Part shown: positions 51,048 to 62,600 of the stretch, piece by piece
Layout: the number at the start of each line of letters is the position of its first letter
How positions within the stretch are numbered: the stretch's first letter is position 1
Assembly (NCBI GenBank): GCA_965222155.1
Contig: CBDCTH010000012.1
Span: 896,001 to 960,000, forward strand
From: Gammaproteobacteria bacterium
Lineage (GTDB): Bacteria; Pseudomonadota; Gammaproteobacteria; Eutrophobiales; Eutrophobiaceae
DNA: 64,000 nucleotides
Direction of reading: 5' to 3'
The notes under the pieces: generated by a model
What the model saw: only the letters and a program-made list of their open reading frames with translations
Databases searched by the model: none
What the model was told of the DNA's origin: nothing
Translations under genes and position numbers: made by a program

Positions 51048-52997
51048 ATGCAAACTCCAGCAGATATCCTTGGCAAGCAGGGCGTACTGTCGGGTTTAGT
51101 CCGCGATTACTCTGTCAGGCCGCAGCAGGTAGAGATGGCAGAGGCCATCCGGGAGGCGATAGATAACCGGGAATCACTGATTTGTGAAGCGGGCACCGGC
51201 ACGGGCAAAACCTTTGCCTATCTGGTCCCGGCGCTCCAGTCCGGCTACAAGGTGATCATCTCCACCGGCACCCGGCATTTGCAGGATCAACTGTTTACCA
51301 GGGATCTGCCGCTGGTGCGGGAAGCCGTCGGACGGCCGCTGAACGTTGCGTTGCTGAAGGGGCGGGCCAACTACCTGTGCCTGCATCGCCTGGGACAAGC
51401 TGAGTTCGACTCGCGCCGCCTCGACCGGCAGGCAAAGCATTACCTGGCCGATATTCGCGCCTGGTCGCAACAGACCGACAGCGGCGACCTAGCCGAGCTA
51501 TCCCATATTCCGGAAGACGCCTCGGTCAGACCGGCCTGTGTTTCCTCCGTCGATAACTGCCTGGGACAGGAATGTGATTTTTACGATGACTGTTTCGTGT
51601 TCCGCGCCCGCCGCCGCGCCGTTGAGGCGGACCTGGCCGTGGTCAACCACCACCTGTTCCTGGCGGATATGGTATTGAAGGAGGCCGGTTACGGTGAGTT
51701 GTTGCCCAGCGCGGAGGTGGTCATTTTCGATGAGGCGCACCAGTTGCCGGAACTGGCTTCACAGTTTTTCAGCGAGACCCTGAGCAGCCGGCAACTGCTG
51801 GAACTGGCCTCCGACTCCAGGACGGCTTATTTTGAGGAAGCGGCGGACTTGCCTGATTTTCCAGGGATGCTGGGCCACTGCGAGAAAGCAATACGCGACT
51901 TGCGCCTGAGCTTTTCCAGTGAGGACAAGCGGGTTGCCTGGGCCGGACTGAAGGAAACAGCGGACGTCTCCGCTGCTTTGTCGACGTTGCTGGACAAGAT
52001 GGATGCCGTCTACCAGGTGCTGGAGGACTTTGCCGACAGGGGCAAGTCACTGGATAACTGTTATAAGCGGACGGAGGCGGCGTTGGCGTTTCTCGGCCAG
52101 TTCAATGACAGGGAGGAGGCTGAATATATCTGCTGGCTGGAACTGCGCGACAACGGGTTTTTCCTGCACCGGACGCCCCTGGACATAGCCGACGTCTTCC
52201 GCATGCGCATAAATGACTACGAGTGCCTGAGTATATTTACATCCGCCACCCTGAGCGTGAACCGCGAGTTTGACCATTTCTCATCCCAACTGGGGCTGGA
52301 ACAGGTCGAAGCCAGGAGTTGGGACAGCCCGTTCGATTTCAACACCCAGTCGCTGTTGTATCTGCCCCGCGGCCTGCCTGATCCGAGAACGTCAGATTTT
52401 ACCGCAAACCTGGTCGAAAAATCGCTCCCACTGCTACGGCTGACCAGGGGACGCGCTTTTTTCCTGTTTACCAGCCATCGCGCCCTGCGCCAGGCAGCCG
52501 GATTGGTCGGAGATGCGCTGGATTATCCCATCCTGGTGCAAGGGGATGCGCCCCGCACCGAACTGCTGGAAACATTCAGGACCACTCCCCACGCGGTATT
52601 GCTGGGCACCAGCAGTTTCTGGGAAGGGGTGGACGTCCGGGGGCAGGCCCTGTCCTGCGTGATCATTGATAAACTGCCGTTTGCCGCGCCCGGTGACCCG
52701 GTATTGAACGCAAGACTGACCCGGATGGAGGAACAGGGGAGAAATCCGTTCATGGAATACCAGGTGCCGGAAGCGGTGCTGGCGCTGAAGCAGGGAATCG
52801 GTCGGCTGCTCAGGGACAAGAGCGATTACGGGGTGCTGATGATCGGCGACCCCAGGTTGAGAACAAAACCTTACGGCAGGATTTTCCTGAACAGCCTGCC
52901 GGAGATGAAATACACGGAGGAATTAAGCGACATAGAGGACTTTTTTCAGCTACATGAGGCAACACGCCAGGATGGCCCTGTCGTTAACACGAATTGA
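51048..52997 (+). CDS. yoaA: YoaA/DinG-family Fe-S DNA helicase
   Basis: EAGTGTGKT, KGRANYLC, Fe-S Cys residues, FDEAHQL, SFWEGVDV and QGIGRLLR. Confidence 0.88.
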   Translation: MQTPADILGKQGVLSGLVRDYSVRPQQVEMAEAIREAIDNRESLICEAGTGTGKTFAYLVPALQSGYKVIISTGTRHLQDQLFTRDLPLVREAVGRPLNVALLKGRANYLCLHRLGQAEFDSRRLDRQAKHYLADIRAWSQQTDSGDLAELSHIPEDASVRPACVSSVDNCLGQECDFYDDCFVFRARRRAVEADLAVVNHHLFLADMVLKEAGYGELLPSAEVVIFDEAHQLPELASQFFSETLSSRQLLELASDSRTAYFEEAADLPDFPGMLGHCEKAIRDLRLSFSSEDKRVAWAGLKETADVSAALSTLLDKMDAVYQVLEDFADRGKSLDNCYKRTEAALAFLGQFNDREEAEYICWLELRDNGFFLHRTPLDIADVFRMRINDYECLSIFTSATLSVNREFDHFSSQLGLEQVEARSWDSPFDFNTQSLLYLPRGLPDPRTSDFTANLVEKSLPLLRLTRGRAFFLFTSHRALRQAAGLVGDALDYPILVQGDAPRTELLETFRTTPHAVLLGTSSFWEGVDVRGQALSCVIIDKLPFAAPGDPVLNARLTRMEEQGRNPFMEYQVPEAVLALKQGIGRLLRDKSDYGVLMIGDPRLRTKPYGRIFLNSLPEMKYTEELSDIEDFFQLHEATRQDGPVVNTN

Positions 52998-53029
52998 CGT
53001 TCCAGGACACCATTGCCATTTGCGAAAGT

Positions 53030-53315
53030 TTACCCCTGTATGCTGTTGAGCAGGGGCAGGAATCCATCTTGTCGTCATTCTGGTGAATGCCAGAATCCAG
53101 TAGATAACTTATTCCTTATTATAAGGATAATTTAATAACTGGATTCCGGCATTCGCCGGAATGACGGTAACTCTGGATTTCCATCCTTAGGTCCGTAAAC
53201 AGCACATCCATGTGCCACTACTCCATCCTTAGGTCCGTAAACGGCACATCCCCCTGCTTACAGCATGCAGGGGCAGGCTATGTGCTACTACTCTGCCTGC
53301 GCAGGAATGGTACGA
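53030..53315. repeat. REP/REPIN mosaic
   Basis: GTCATTCTGG..CCAGAATCCAGT..CCTTATTATAAGG..ACTGGATTCCGGC..GGAATGAC; duplicated TCCATCCTTAGGTCCGTAAAC; inverted match to 13912-13987. Confidence 0.7.
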
Positions 53316-53402
53316 AAAGCAGCTTTTCGTTTGCCCCCGATTTGTTAATATATAATTACTAATCAGTTTTAATTTTCCAGCGTAGCGGAGGAGACAGGCG
53401 AG

Positions 53403-55658
53403 ATGGTCAGTCACAACTGTTATCTTTCAATATTATCGGCCGTACTCGTGGTTCTGAACGGCGCGTTCACCATGCCGGCTGCGGACGCACAGGAATCCCA
53501 GCAACATAGCGATATGCTCCCCATGCTGGAAGAGGTGGTGGTGACCGCGCGCAAGCGGGAGGAAACGGTGTTCGATGTGCCGCTTTCGGTCAGCGCGCTG
53601 GGGGCCAGCCAGATCGAGGCACGAAAAATACGCGGGCTGACCGACCTGGCCGTAAGCATGCCCAACGTGGCCCTGGATGAGGTGGGCACCGCCAGGGGAA
53701 TAGCCAACTTTTCCATACGCGGCCTTGGAGTCAACAGTTCCATCCCGTCCATCGACCCCACCGTCGGCGTATTTGTGGACGGCGTTTACCTGGGGACGAA
53801 CAGCGGTGCCGCTTTCGACCTGTTTGACCTGGAAAGCATCCAGGTCCTGCGCGGCCCCCAGGGCATCCTGTTCGGGCGTAACGTGACCGGCGGTGCCATC
53901 CTGGTGAATACCAGGAAACCCGGAGACGAGTTCAAGGCCCGCATGCGCACCGCGCTGGACGGTGGCGGCGACGGCGGTCTGAACAAGTACCTGATGGGCA
54001 GTATTGGAGGACCTGTCAGTGGCACAGTCAGTGCCGGTATCACTGCTTACTATAACGATGATGACGGCTGGTTCGAGAATAAATTTTCCGGTGATGACTT
54101 CGGCGCACTGGAACAGATCATGATTCGCCCCGTAGTGGTCTGGAAACCCGGTGAAAATCTGGAACTGGTTGTGCGCTATCAATACCTCGAAAACGAAGGT
54201 GACGGTTCCGCTTCGCAGGCACATACCAATGGCCTCGGGATAAACGGGACACCGGCAAACTTTGACCGTGACAGTCATGACTTTTCCATCAATGAGGAAG
54301 GCATGCAGAATGAGAAAACCCATTTTGTTACTGCAGAGATGCGCTTGAAAATAGGCGAAAATGGCGTCATAACCAACATTTTCGGCTATCGAAACAGCGA
54401 ATCGGCGTTTCTGAGCGATATCGATGCCCAACCCGTCAGCCTGTTCTACGGAGGCGGGTACACGGAAGCCGAGCAGGTGAGCAACGAACTGCGCTATCAC
54501 GGGGTATTCGCCGGGCGCTTCAACCTGACCACGGGGATTTACTATTTCAACAACGACATTGATTACCATGAGCGGCGCGACCTGCTGGGGCTGTTGACCC
54601 CGGACGGTTCACCGGCGCTGACCCAGGATGGCGGCGGCGAATACGAGGTGGAAACTATCGGGGTGTTCGCGGCCGTGGACTATGACCTCAGCGAGTCCAT
54701 AACGCTCAGCGCCGGATTGCGCTACACATCGGAACAGAAAGAGGCCGGCATAGCTTCCCTGATCAGGAACATAAACTCACCCTGTAACGTGCTGGACGGT
54801 ACCTGCCAATTCGATTTCACTGACAGTGAAGATTGGAACAACTGGTCGCCCAAGGTGGGTATGACTTACCACTTCTCAGATACGGCGCGCCTCTACGCGC
54901 ACTGGACTCGAGGCTTCCGGTCCGGGGGCTACAACCTGCGTAACACTGCCCTGGATACCGTTAACCTCGGACCGGGGCCGTTTGACGAGGAAACCGTTGA
55001 CAACTATGAAATCGGCTTCAAGCTCAGTTTCGGGCAAGGCTACCTGAACGGCGCGCTGTTTTTCAACGATATCGAAGACATGCAGCGGGAAGTCAACCTG
55101 GCCGATCCCATCTCCGGTGTGGTACAGGTCATCAAGAATACCGCGGACGCTGAGATTCTCGGCATTGAACTGGACGGCGCCTTCAGCCTATCGGAGGCTC
55201 TCCAGGCTACCGCTTCAGCAGGCTGGCTGGATGCTGAGTACAGGAAAGTAAGATTCGATCTCAACAGCGACGGTGTGATTGACGGCCGGGACAAGGACCT
55301 GGGCCTGCCCCGCGCCGCGGAGTGGACCTGGAGCCTGGGCCTCAGGCACCATCTGCGGGTCGGCGACTGGGGTAGTATCGCCTCACGGGTCAGTTACTCC
55401 TACCGGGATGAATCGAGCTTCACCGATAATAACCTGGGCTATCTCCTGTCACAGAAGATCCTCGATGCTGGCCTGGACTTTCACTCCGGAGACGAACGCT
55501 GGGTGTTTTCAGTCTACGGCAAGAACCTGCTGAATGAAGTCAAGCACGGTGGCGATACCCCGCTTCCATCCAGGCTCGGCCCCATCCCCTTGGGGGGCGC
55601 CTACGCACCCCTGGCCAAGGGCCGTGTTGTAGGGGGCGAGGTGACGTATACGTTCTGA
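53403..55658 (+). CDS. TonB-dependent outer membrane receptor
   Basis: EEVVVTARKREE TonB box, plug motif VLRGPQG.LFGRN..GGAI and C-terminal Phe. Confidence 0.92.
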   Translation: MVSHNCYLSILSAVLVVLNGAFTMPAADAQESQQHSDMLPMLEEVVVTARKREETVFDVPLSVSALGASQIEARKIRGLTDLAVSMPNVALDEVGTARGIANFSIRGLGVNSSIPSIDPTVGVFVDGVYLGTNSGAAFDLFDLESIQVLRGPQGILFGRNVTGGAILVNTRKPGDEFKARMRTALDGGGDGGLNKYLMGSIGGPVSGTVSAGITAYYNDDDGWFENKFSGDDFGALEQIMIRPVVVWKPGENLELVVRYQYLENEGDGSASQAHTNGLGINGTPANFDRDSHDFSINEEGMQNEKTHFVTAEMRLKIGENGVITNIFGYRNSESAFLSDIDAQPVSLFYGGGYTEAEQVSNELRYHGVFAGRFNLTTGIYYFNNDIDYHERRDLLGLLTPDGSPALTQDGGGEYEVETIGVFAAVDYDLSESITLSAGLRYTSEQKEAGIASLIRNINSPCNVLDGTCQFDFTDSEDWNNWSPKVGMTYHFSDTARLYAHWTRGFRSGGYNLRNTALDTVNLGPGPFDEETVDNYEIGFKLSFGQGYLNGALFFNDIEDMQREVNLADPISGVVQVIKNTADAEILGIELDGAFSLSEALQATASAGWLDAEYRKVRFDLNSDGVIDGRDKDLGLPRAAEWTWSLGLRHHLRVGDWGSIASRVSYSYRDESSFTDNNLGYLLSQKILDAGLDFHSGDERWVFSVYGKNLLNEVKHGGDTPLPSRLGPIPLGGAYAPLAKGRVVGGEVTYTF

Positions 55659-55674
55659 CACCTGAAGTCCAGTT

Positions 55675-55699
55675 GGGGACAGATTTTAAATCTGTCCCC
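55675..55699. repeat. GGGGACAGATTTTAAATCTGTCCCC palindrome (same family as the array spacers)
   Basis: Read directly from the sequence just after the receptor stop codon. Confidence 0.75.
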
Positions 55700-55799
55700 A
55701 TTTATAAGCGTATTTCCAATCGGTCAGTCTGTGTAATTCCCTTGAAAATCCGTAGTTCAAGTACGGATTTTCAAGGTAAAAGAGAATATATTCATCCTC

Positions 55800-55841
55800 T
55801 ATTGACAGCAATGCTTTCGTATGACAGCATTGCTGTCAATA
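55800..55841. promoter_or_regulatory. Putative antitoxin operator overlapping the promoter
   Basis: Perfect 16-bp inverted repeat TATTGACAGCAATGCT / AGCATTGCTGTCAATA containing TTGACA, just upstream of the RHH antitoxin. Confidence 0.65.
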
Positions 55842-55867
55842 TATTTTTTCTGTTTCAGGAGTAAAAT

Positions 55868-56104
55868 ATGGCTAGTCTGAGCGTGAGAAAACTTGATGAT
55901 GATACGCTAAAGCAATTGCGGATTCGCGCCGCACAGCATGGCGTCTCAATGGAAGAGGAAGTCCGGCAAATTATAAAACTGGCAGTGTCAACACCGGAAC
56001 GGCTTGGCGACTTGGCTGTCCGACTTTTTGCCCCGGCTTATGATGGAACGGAGCTTGAATTACCGGAGCGAGAAATAACTGAACCAATGGAATTTCCCGA
56101 GTGA
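55868..56104 (+). CDS. FitA-like ribbon-helix-helix antitoxin
   Basis: MASLSVRKLDD....LRIRAA.HG.SMEEEVR.I; GTGA overlap with the toxin. Confidence 0.88.
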   Translation: MASLSVRKLDDDTLKQLRIRAAQHGVSMEEEVRQIIKLAVSTPERLGDLAVRLFAPAYDGTELELPEREITEPMEFPE

Positions 56105-56538
56105 TTGTCCTGGATACCAATGTCCTCGCGGAATTTATGACCTCTCCCCCTGCCGATGCCGTGGTGGATTGGTTGAATGCCCAGGATTCTATATCGCTTT
56201 ACATAACATCAATTTCCATCGCGGAAATTTGTTACGGATTACAAGCTATGCCGGAGGGTAAACGCCGACTTCTGCTTGAAGATAGATTCGAACAATTCAT
56301 AGCAATGGCATTTGCATCCCGGATATTAAATTTTGATGAAGCTTGCGCCAGGGTTTATGGCGAAATACGGGCTTACCGAAAGAAAATTGGTCGGCCACTG
56401 AGTGATTTTGACGGCCAAATCGTAGCGATTGCCCGCACTCATGGGTTCTCCCTTGCCACTCGTAACGTAAAGGACTTTGAACATTGTCTGGTTGAACTCA
56501 TCGACCCGTTTACTTTTGACAGAGCAAGAGCGGAATAA
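56101..56538 (+). CDS. vapC: PIN-domain toxin (FitB/VapC)
   Basis: MIVLDTNVL.E, D.QI.AIA and LATRNVKDF. Confidence 0.9.
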   Translation: MIVLDTNVLAEFMTSPPADAVVDWLNAQDSISLYITSISIAEICYGLQAMPEGKRRLLLEDRFEQFIAMAFASRILNFDEACARVYGEIRAYRKKIGRPLSDFDGQIVAIARTHGFSLATRNVKDFEHCLVELIDPFTFDRARAE

Positions 56539-56644
56539 TAATGGGGAACCTCTATTTATTCACAAATTGATATATTAGCGGTCAATGATTTCAATAAGTT
56601 AGCGACCCTGTGTATCGAAAAATGTCAATTATTAGAGGTTCCCA

Positions 56645-58840
56645 ATGGATTTACCTTCGAGTGATTTCACCAATAAAACTTCTACGGGGATCAAAGGTGA
56701 TAACCCCATCCGAAATTCGCAAGAAGATGTTTTAGGAAGAGTTGACGTTGCCAAATCTTTTGCCCAGCACGTTCTGGCGCTTGATGCGAGTGAGGGTGCC
56801 GTGGTCGGCGTCCTCGGTCCTTGGGGGTCTGGAAAGACTTCATTTATTAATCTTGCCCGGATCGAGTTCATGCAAAAAGGAATTCACGTACTCGATTTCA
56901 ACCCGTGGATGTTCAGCGGTGCTGAGTATCTTGTCGAACGATTTTTTACCGATCTTACCAGCCAACTCAAGATTCGTCCTGGTCTTGTCGAGGTGGGCAA
57001 AGCTTTAGAGGACTATAGTGAAATATTCTTCAAAGTCATCCCATGGGCCAAACTCATCGGCAAGTTCCTTCAGGGTGAAAAAGGAGGACTTATCGGACGT
57101 CGGGACAAGGTCAGCTCAGCTCTTTATACACTTAACAAGCCGATTGTAATAGTGCTCGATGATGTCGATAGACTATCGGCTTCTGAAATTCGAGATGTAT
57201 TCAAACTGGTACGATTGACGGGCAGCTTTCCCAATATCGTTTATATCGTTGCCTGTGATCGATTCCGTGTTGAACAGGCACTTGAAGAACAGGGATCATC
57301 TGGACGCGACTACCTGGAGAAAATTCTTCAACTTCCGTTTGATCTACCTGAAGTTCCGAACCATATTCTTCAGGAACAAATTGGGATTTCGATCAATGGC
57401 ATCCTCACCGGCATTGAAGATGCTAATCCGTTAGACGCACAAGTCTGGCCTGATATTTTCATGGAGATCGTCCAGCCTCTTATACGGAATATGAGGGACG
57501 TTCGCCGCTATGTTGCCACTCTCCGAGGAACCATAATCGGTCTCAATGGTAGGGTCGCTCTCGCTGATATGTTTGGTCTCGAGGCTGTTCGGATATTCCT
57601 GCCGGATGTCTTCAAACTTATACCTGGCGTAATAGACAGTCTCACTGTCCCTTCCACTTCACGAAACGCTGGAAGACGTCCTGAGAACGAGTTCGAGGAA
57701 ATGGTCCCACCAGAACGTAAAACGTGGCGGCAGGAGCCGGTCAAAAGATTGATCGATGCCGCGAAGACACACGAAGGAGTAGTTCGATCTGTACTAATCC
57801 ATCTCTTTCCGGTTGGTATGAAATATATAAACGGCGACGTGCCTGATCAAGGGAATCAATGGCAGGATAAGTTGCTCATTGACCGTCGCGTCGCTCATGA
57901 GGACATCTTGCGACTTTATATGGAGCGTGTAACTGGTGGTGATTTACCAGCCTACTACGATGCGGAAGGAGCATTCGCTTTGATGAACGACCGCAATGCC
58001 CTGGATCAATTCATACGTTCACTCGAACCGAGACTATGGCCTGATCTTATTATTCATCTGTCAAGATTCGAGTTCCACCGGGAACACGTAGAGCCGGGGA
58101 TTTTTGTACTGTTTAATCTTTTTCCGGAGTGGCCTGATTATTCGCGGCCTTTGTATCCTGCACGAATAACCAAGAGAAATATTACACATGACTCGGCCCA
58201 AGCCATATCGAACTACCAGGCTGACAGTTATGCACGAAAGGCCGTTAAAATAGTTGCCTCTCGCCTTCTAAAAGTGTTAGAGAATCCTGCCGAATTAAAA
58301 GCTGTCTTACGTCGCGTCCTGTCCAATCTTAAGTCACTTTATTCCAAGACGGAGTTGGTTCGTCTGCTCGGGAAGCAGAAAAACGATGACAGACTTGTGC
58401 CTGTGGCAGAGGTCGCCGAGTTTGAAGAGATGTTACTCAGGGACGTACAGTCCATGTCCGCTGATGATCTTGCCCGGGACCGCAACTTGGCGTGGGACCT
58501 GAACTTTATCATGGTGGTTACAAAACGATTGAACATGCCGTTTGATATTGACAAGATTGATTGTTCACATGAAGTGAATTTGGCCATTCTTCGATCTGCG
58601 ATTTTAACAGTATCGTCATCGGATGATCCGGATATCCGCCTGGGGCTGAGATGGGATCTCCTGACCAGTATTTATGGCGACGAAACTACACTGATGGCCC
58701 GAATCAAAAGTTTACAACAATGGGTCGAAACACAGCAGGCGCCTCCTAGTGACGCCCAAAATGTGCTTGAGATCGCTAGCCTATATCCGGACAGATCATG
58801 TCTGCAACGGATGCCTGATTCAAGTTCCACAACACCTTGA
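56645..58840 (+). CDS. KAP family P-loop NTPase
   Basis: D.LGR, GPWGSGKTS, FNPWMF, LDDVDRL and YLEKI. Confidence 0.88.
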   Translation: MDLPSSDFTNKTSTGIKGDNPIRNSQEDVLGRVDVAKSFAQHVLALDASEGAVVGVLGPWGSGKTSFINLARIEFMQKGIHVLDFNPWMFSGAEYLVERFFTDLTSQLKIRPGLVEVGKALEDYSEIFFKVIPWAKLIGKFLQGEKGGLIGRRDKVSSALYTLNKPIVIVLDDVDRLSASEIRDVFKLVRLTGSFPNIVYIVACDRFRVEQALEEQGSSGRDYLEKILQLPFDLPEVPNHILQEQIGISINGILTGIEDANPLDAQVWPDIFMEIVQPLIRNMRDVRRYVATLRGTIIGLNGRVALADMFGLEAVRIFLPDVFKLIPGVIDSLTVPSTSRNAGRRPENEFEEMVPPERKTWRQEPVKRLIDAAKTHEGVVRSVLIHLFPVGMKYINGDVPDQGNQWQDKLLIDRRVAHEDILRLYMERVTGGDLPAYYDAEGAFALMNDRNALDQFIRSLEPRLWPDLIIHLSRFEFHREHVEPGIFVLFNLFPEWPDYSRPLYPARITKRNITHDSAQAISNYQADSYARKAVKIVASRLLKVLENPAELKAVLRRVLSNLKSLYSKTELVRLLGKQKNDDRLVPVAEVAEFEEMLLRDVQSMSADDLARDRNLAWDLNFIMVVTKRLNMPFDIDKIDCSHEVNLAILRSAILTVSSSDDPDIRLGLRWDLLTSIYGDETTLMARIKSLQQWVETQQAPPSDAQNVLEIASLYPDRSCLQRMPDSSSTTP

Positions 58841-58879
58841 ATTGAACAAATCGTTGCAGATAAAGGGTGTATCGTTCCA

Positions 58880-59472
58880 GGAGACCTCCAGAAACGCCGG
58901 AGTGTTTCGGCAGGAATAGTAATACCTAGTTGCGGGATGTCCCGTTCCAGGAAGGTGCGAATAAAATTCTCGCGCCACAGTGCAGACGCGGCATCATCCG
59001 ACGCCAGGAAACTCCTGGGGAAACCGCCTCGCTGCCACAATGTTTGCCATTGCAGAGATGGGATTTCATTCATGTCAAAACCGGATAAGTCTACCAGACC
59101 GATGCGCCCGGCCAGTGTTTCCGATGTTCTTTTGATTAATGAGGGTGAAGCGCAGCCCAGGAGTAAAAAGCGTGTCTCAGAGTCCGGTCGGTACAGTAAG
59201 ACGCGTAGCACCTCGAACAGTTGTGGTAGTTTTTGCACCTCATCAATCACCACCAGGCCGGTAAGCCGGGACAAGGTCTGCTCCGGGGTCTCCAGTCGGC
59301 GCTGGTCTACCGCTTTTTCCAGGTCAAAAAAGCTCACATCGGGTTCTTTGTCAGCGATAATATGGGCTAAAGTGGTCTTACCGCATTGCCGAGGGCCAAG
59401 CAATGCAATCGCTTGATGAACTCGGTAAGCAGCTTGGACTCGCGCGGCGGCAATGGGGCGATCAATCAACAT
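58880..59472 (-). pseudogene. 3'-truncated AAA_14/DUF4143 ATPase
   Basis: GPRQCGKT, IDEVQ, ETLAGR, RGGFP and TFLERDI; homology stops at ETLRRFW and the DUF4143 half is missing. Confidence 0.75.
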
Positions 59473-59602
59473 GAAGGTATATCGAGATAATTTATACAAT
59501 ACAGGACTTAAAGTCCGATATTGTATAATTTTTGCTGTTTCCAGCATTATGATAATTTTTGTTAGAGCGAGGTGAAATCCCACAAGTATTATTTTATAGA
59601 TA

Positions 59603-62600
59603 CTAGGTTTCCCTGTGGTCTAATACCTCATCCACGTAAGAATACCGACGTTGCAAAATGTCGAGAAGCTTTACTACAACCGGAGTCGTAAGTCGACGCA
59701 AGCCGAACACACTAAGTACAGCCCTCAAATGAGCTTCGGAACCGAACTTGAGTTCATCCTCGCGGTCTTTGAGCAATTGACGCGCAACGAGTTGAAGCTC
59801 GCTTGGAGGGATATCGTCAAAACTGCGGGAACCTCCTTCCCGAACGATGACGGGCGGTGCGTCAGGCAACCGAACAACCGAGTAAATTAAGCCATCCTTA
59901 CCCCATTCATCCTCCTTAATTACAAGCCCCTGCCGTAACGCATGTTGTATCGCCTTGTTCATCATGCGTTTCAGTTCACCGCCCATCCTTCGGATACCAC
60001 ATCCGCGTAGATAGATATCGTACGCTCGTTTGGCTAGCATTGGTCCTTCGTCCTGAATAATTCTAAGAAGCCCTTCTGCTACTTGGACAGCGCTCGCATC
60101 CCGTGGATCTGGGCCAGTCGAACCTCTGAACTCGGAGTATGGCGTAAATCCCTCCGCGTTTATATCCGAATATTCGGGCTTTGCATCTCCAGAGTCGCTC
60201 GGTGTCGATTCAATCACATCGGCATCGCTCATCCCTGTCTCGTTATTGATATCTTTATCGGCAATATCGGCATGCTCTTGATTGGCATGCTCTTGACGGC
60301 TCTCCTCTAGGCGTAGACGGAGTGCGTCATCGACTTTCTTGAGCGCCCCTTTCTTATTGGTCCACCAATCCGTCGACCAGATACGAACAATCGTCCAGCC
60401 AAGGTTTTCAAGAACAGACTGACGGATTTTATCGCGCTCGCGTGCAAAGGCGGAGCTATGGTACATCGCACCGTCACACTCGATACCGGCAAGGTAGCGG
60501 CCTGGAGTGTCCGGGTGCACAATTCCCAAGTCGATTCGGTAGGCAGATACCCCGACCTGTGGATGCACTTGCCAGCCTTGCATCTGTAGTTCTCGTGCCA
60601 CGGCTACTTCAAATGGTGACTCAAAATCATCCCTATAGCCTTGAACTATAGACCCTAGTACAGCCTTTCCTCTCTCTGCATACTCAAGAAAATGCTTTAG
60701 GTCAGCGACAGCCCTTGCTTGGCTACGCGACAGGTCGATCTGGTCAGGATGCAGTGCCGAGAAGACGATCATCTCGGTCCTAGCGCGCGTTACGGCAACA
60801 TTGAGGCGCCGTTCGCCACCCTCCCGGTTGAGTGGGCCGAAATTCATTGTCACATGACCGCTTCGGTCGGGCCCGTAGGTGATGCTGAATAAAACCACAT
60901 CGCGTTCATCGCCTTGTACTGTCTCAAGGTTCTTAACAAATACGGGTTCGGCTACATGTTCGCGTGAGAACGCGGGCTCTATTTCGGGATGCTTTCTCCG
61001 AGCATCGTCCAGCAAGTCTTCGATCAGGGTTTGCTGTTCGGAATTGAAGGTGACAATGCCGATAGAGCGGTCCCGAACCTCGGGGTCCTGGTGGGTCAAG
61101 CGTCGAATAGCCTCGTCCACGATCGCCTTTGCTTCTCCCTGATTGTGACGAGCACCGCCACGAGCGTAGAAAGAATCGGGGCGCACGAGACTGACTGCGC
61201 GATCTACTACTTCGGGAGCCGGAAAAGTAATCAATTCATTGCCGTAATAGCGATCGTTAGAAAAAGCGATCAAGCTCTCATAGTGCGAGCGATAGTGCAG
61301 ATTTAACGTTGTGGAAGGAATGCTGGCACCAAGCATCTCATCCAAGATGCTCTCCAGATCTCCCTCCACATCAATGTCGCCATCGGGGTCATCCTCGGTA
61401 CGCGTAAAGAAGTTGGATGGCGGCATCTGCTTGGGGTCTCCAGCAACGATGACTTGTCTCCCTCGCGCAATTGAACCCACCGCGTCCCAAACCGTAATCT
61501 GTGATGCCTCATCGAAAATAACGACATCGAACAGCGCCTGATTAGCGGGCAAGTATTGTGCTACCGAAAGTGGGGACATCATGAAACACGGGGTTAATGA
61601 CGTCAGAACGTCAGGCGCTTCCTCAAGCAGCTTCCGAACCGGCTTGTGTCGCCTTGTCTTCTGTAGCTCACGTCGCAATACACCCCAGCCAGATGATTTT
61701 GTGACGTTTTCCTGATCCGGTAGCACCCCCGACAGTGTTGCCTCGATATATCTGGCAGTGAGTATCTGAAAGTCATCATCAATTCGGCGGAATTTATCTA
61801 TTGCCGCTTCGTGTTCTGGTGCGGAAAAGGAGCGCAATATCTCATCTTCTTCAATAACGGCTGTAGACCACCAAGAACAGTACGCGGCCTCAAAAGTCTT
61901 CTTTATCTCATCTGGTGTAACCCGCCCCTCCTCTACGGCTTGGACAAGCGGTAGGAGACCGGCATCGATCGCTTCAGACCGGCGTCCTCGCCAGGCACAC
62001 CAGGAGTTGAGTTCGCTGTGACGGGTCTGGATGGTGTTGGCTATCTGTTGTACCTCTGGCAAAGCGTTCTCCGTAGAGGCAAATACTTTTCTTACCGAAC
62101 CACCAGCTACGGCTTCAAACTCGCTGATTGCTTGTTGCATCTGTTCAAGTGAGTTCAGAAAAACCGTCGCTAGCCTGCCTACACTACTCTCGGCAGCAAG
62201 TAGATCATTACCGTCATGGAGTAATGTCCGTATTTTACCGCGCACATCTACCAGTGTTTGAGGATCATTAGCTAATTTACCAACAACGGCACGAGCACGT
62301 TCACCAAGCTGACGCAGAGTATCTAACGCAGCTGGTTCGGTTGTATGCCTGGACCATTCCTTGAAGTCGGATAACAGTTGATCCAAACGGTCTATCGCCT
62401 CACCCCCTTGGCGCAGGTTTGCTAGTAGCGGTGCATCGGTCGTCGGATCAGGTTTTTCCTGGGCACCATTTGTACGCATCTCCTTTATGATACGGCGCTT
62501 TGCAAAAAAGCGTTTCAACCACCACTTTGAGTTAGCATCCTTCCAGCGTCGCCCCAGGTCTTCGCCATCAAGTATTCGCCAAGCGAATGGTTTATAAATG

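Noticed and set aside
58672-58879. C-terminal tail of the 303-aa ATPase ORF
   Set aside because: Read-through into the antisense strand of the KAP gene after the truncation point.
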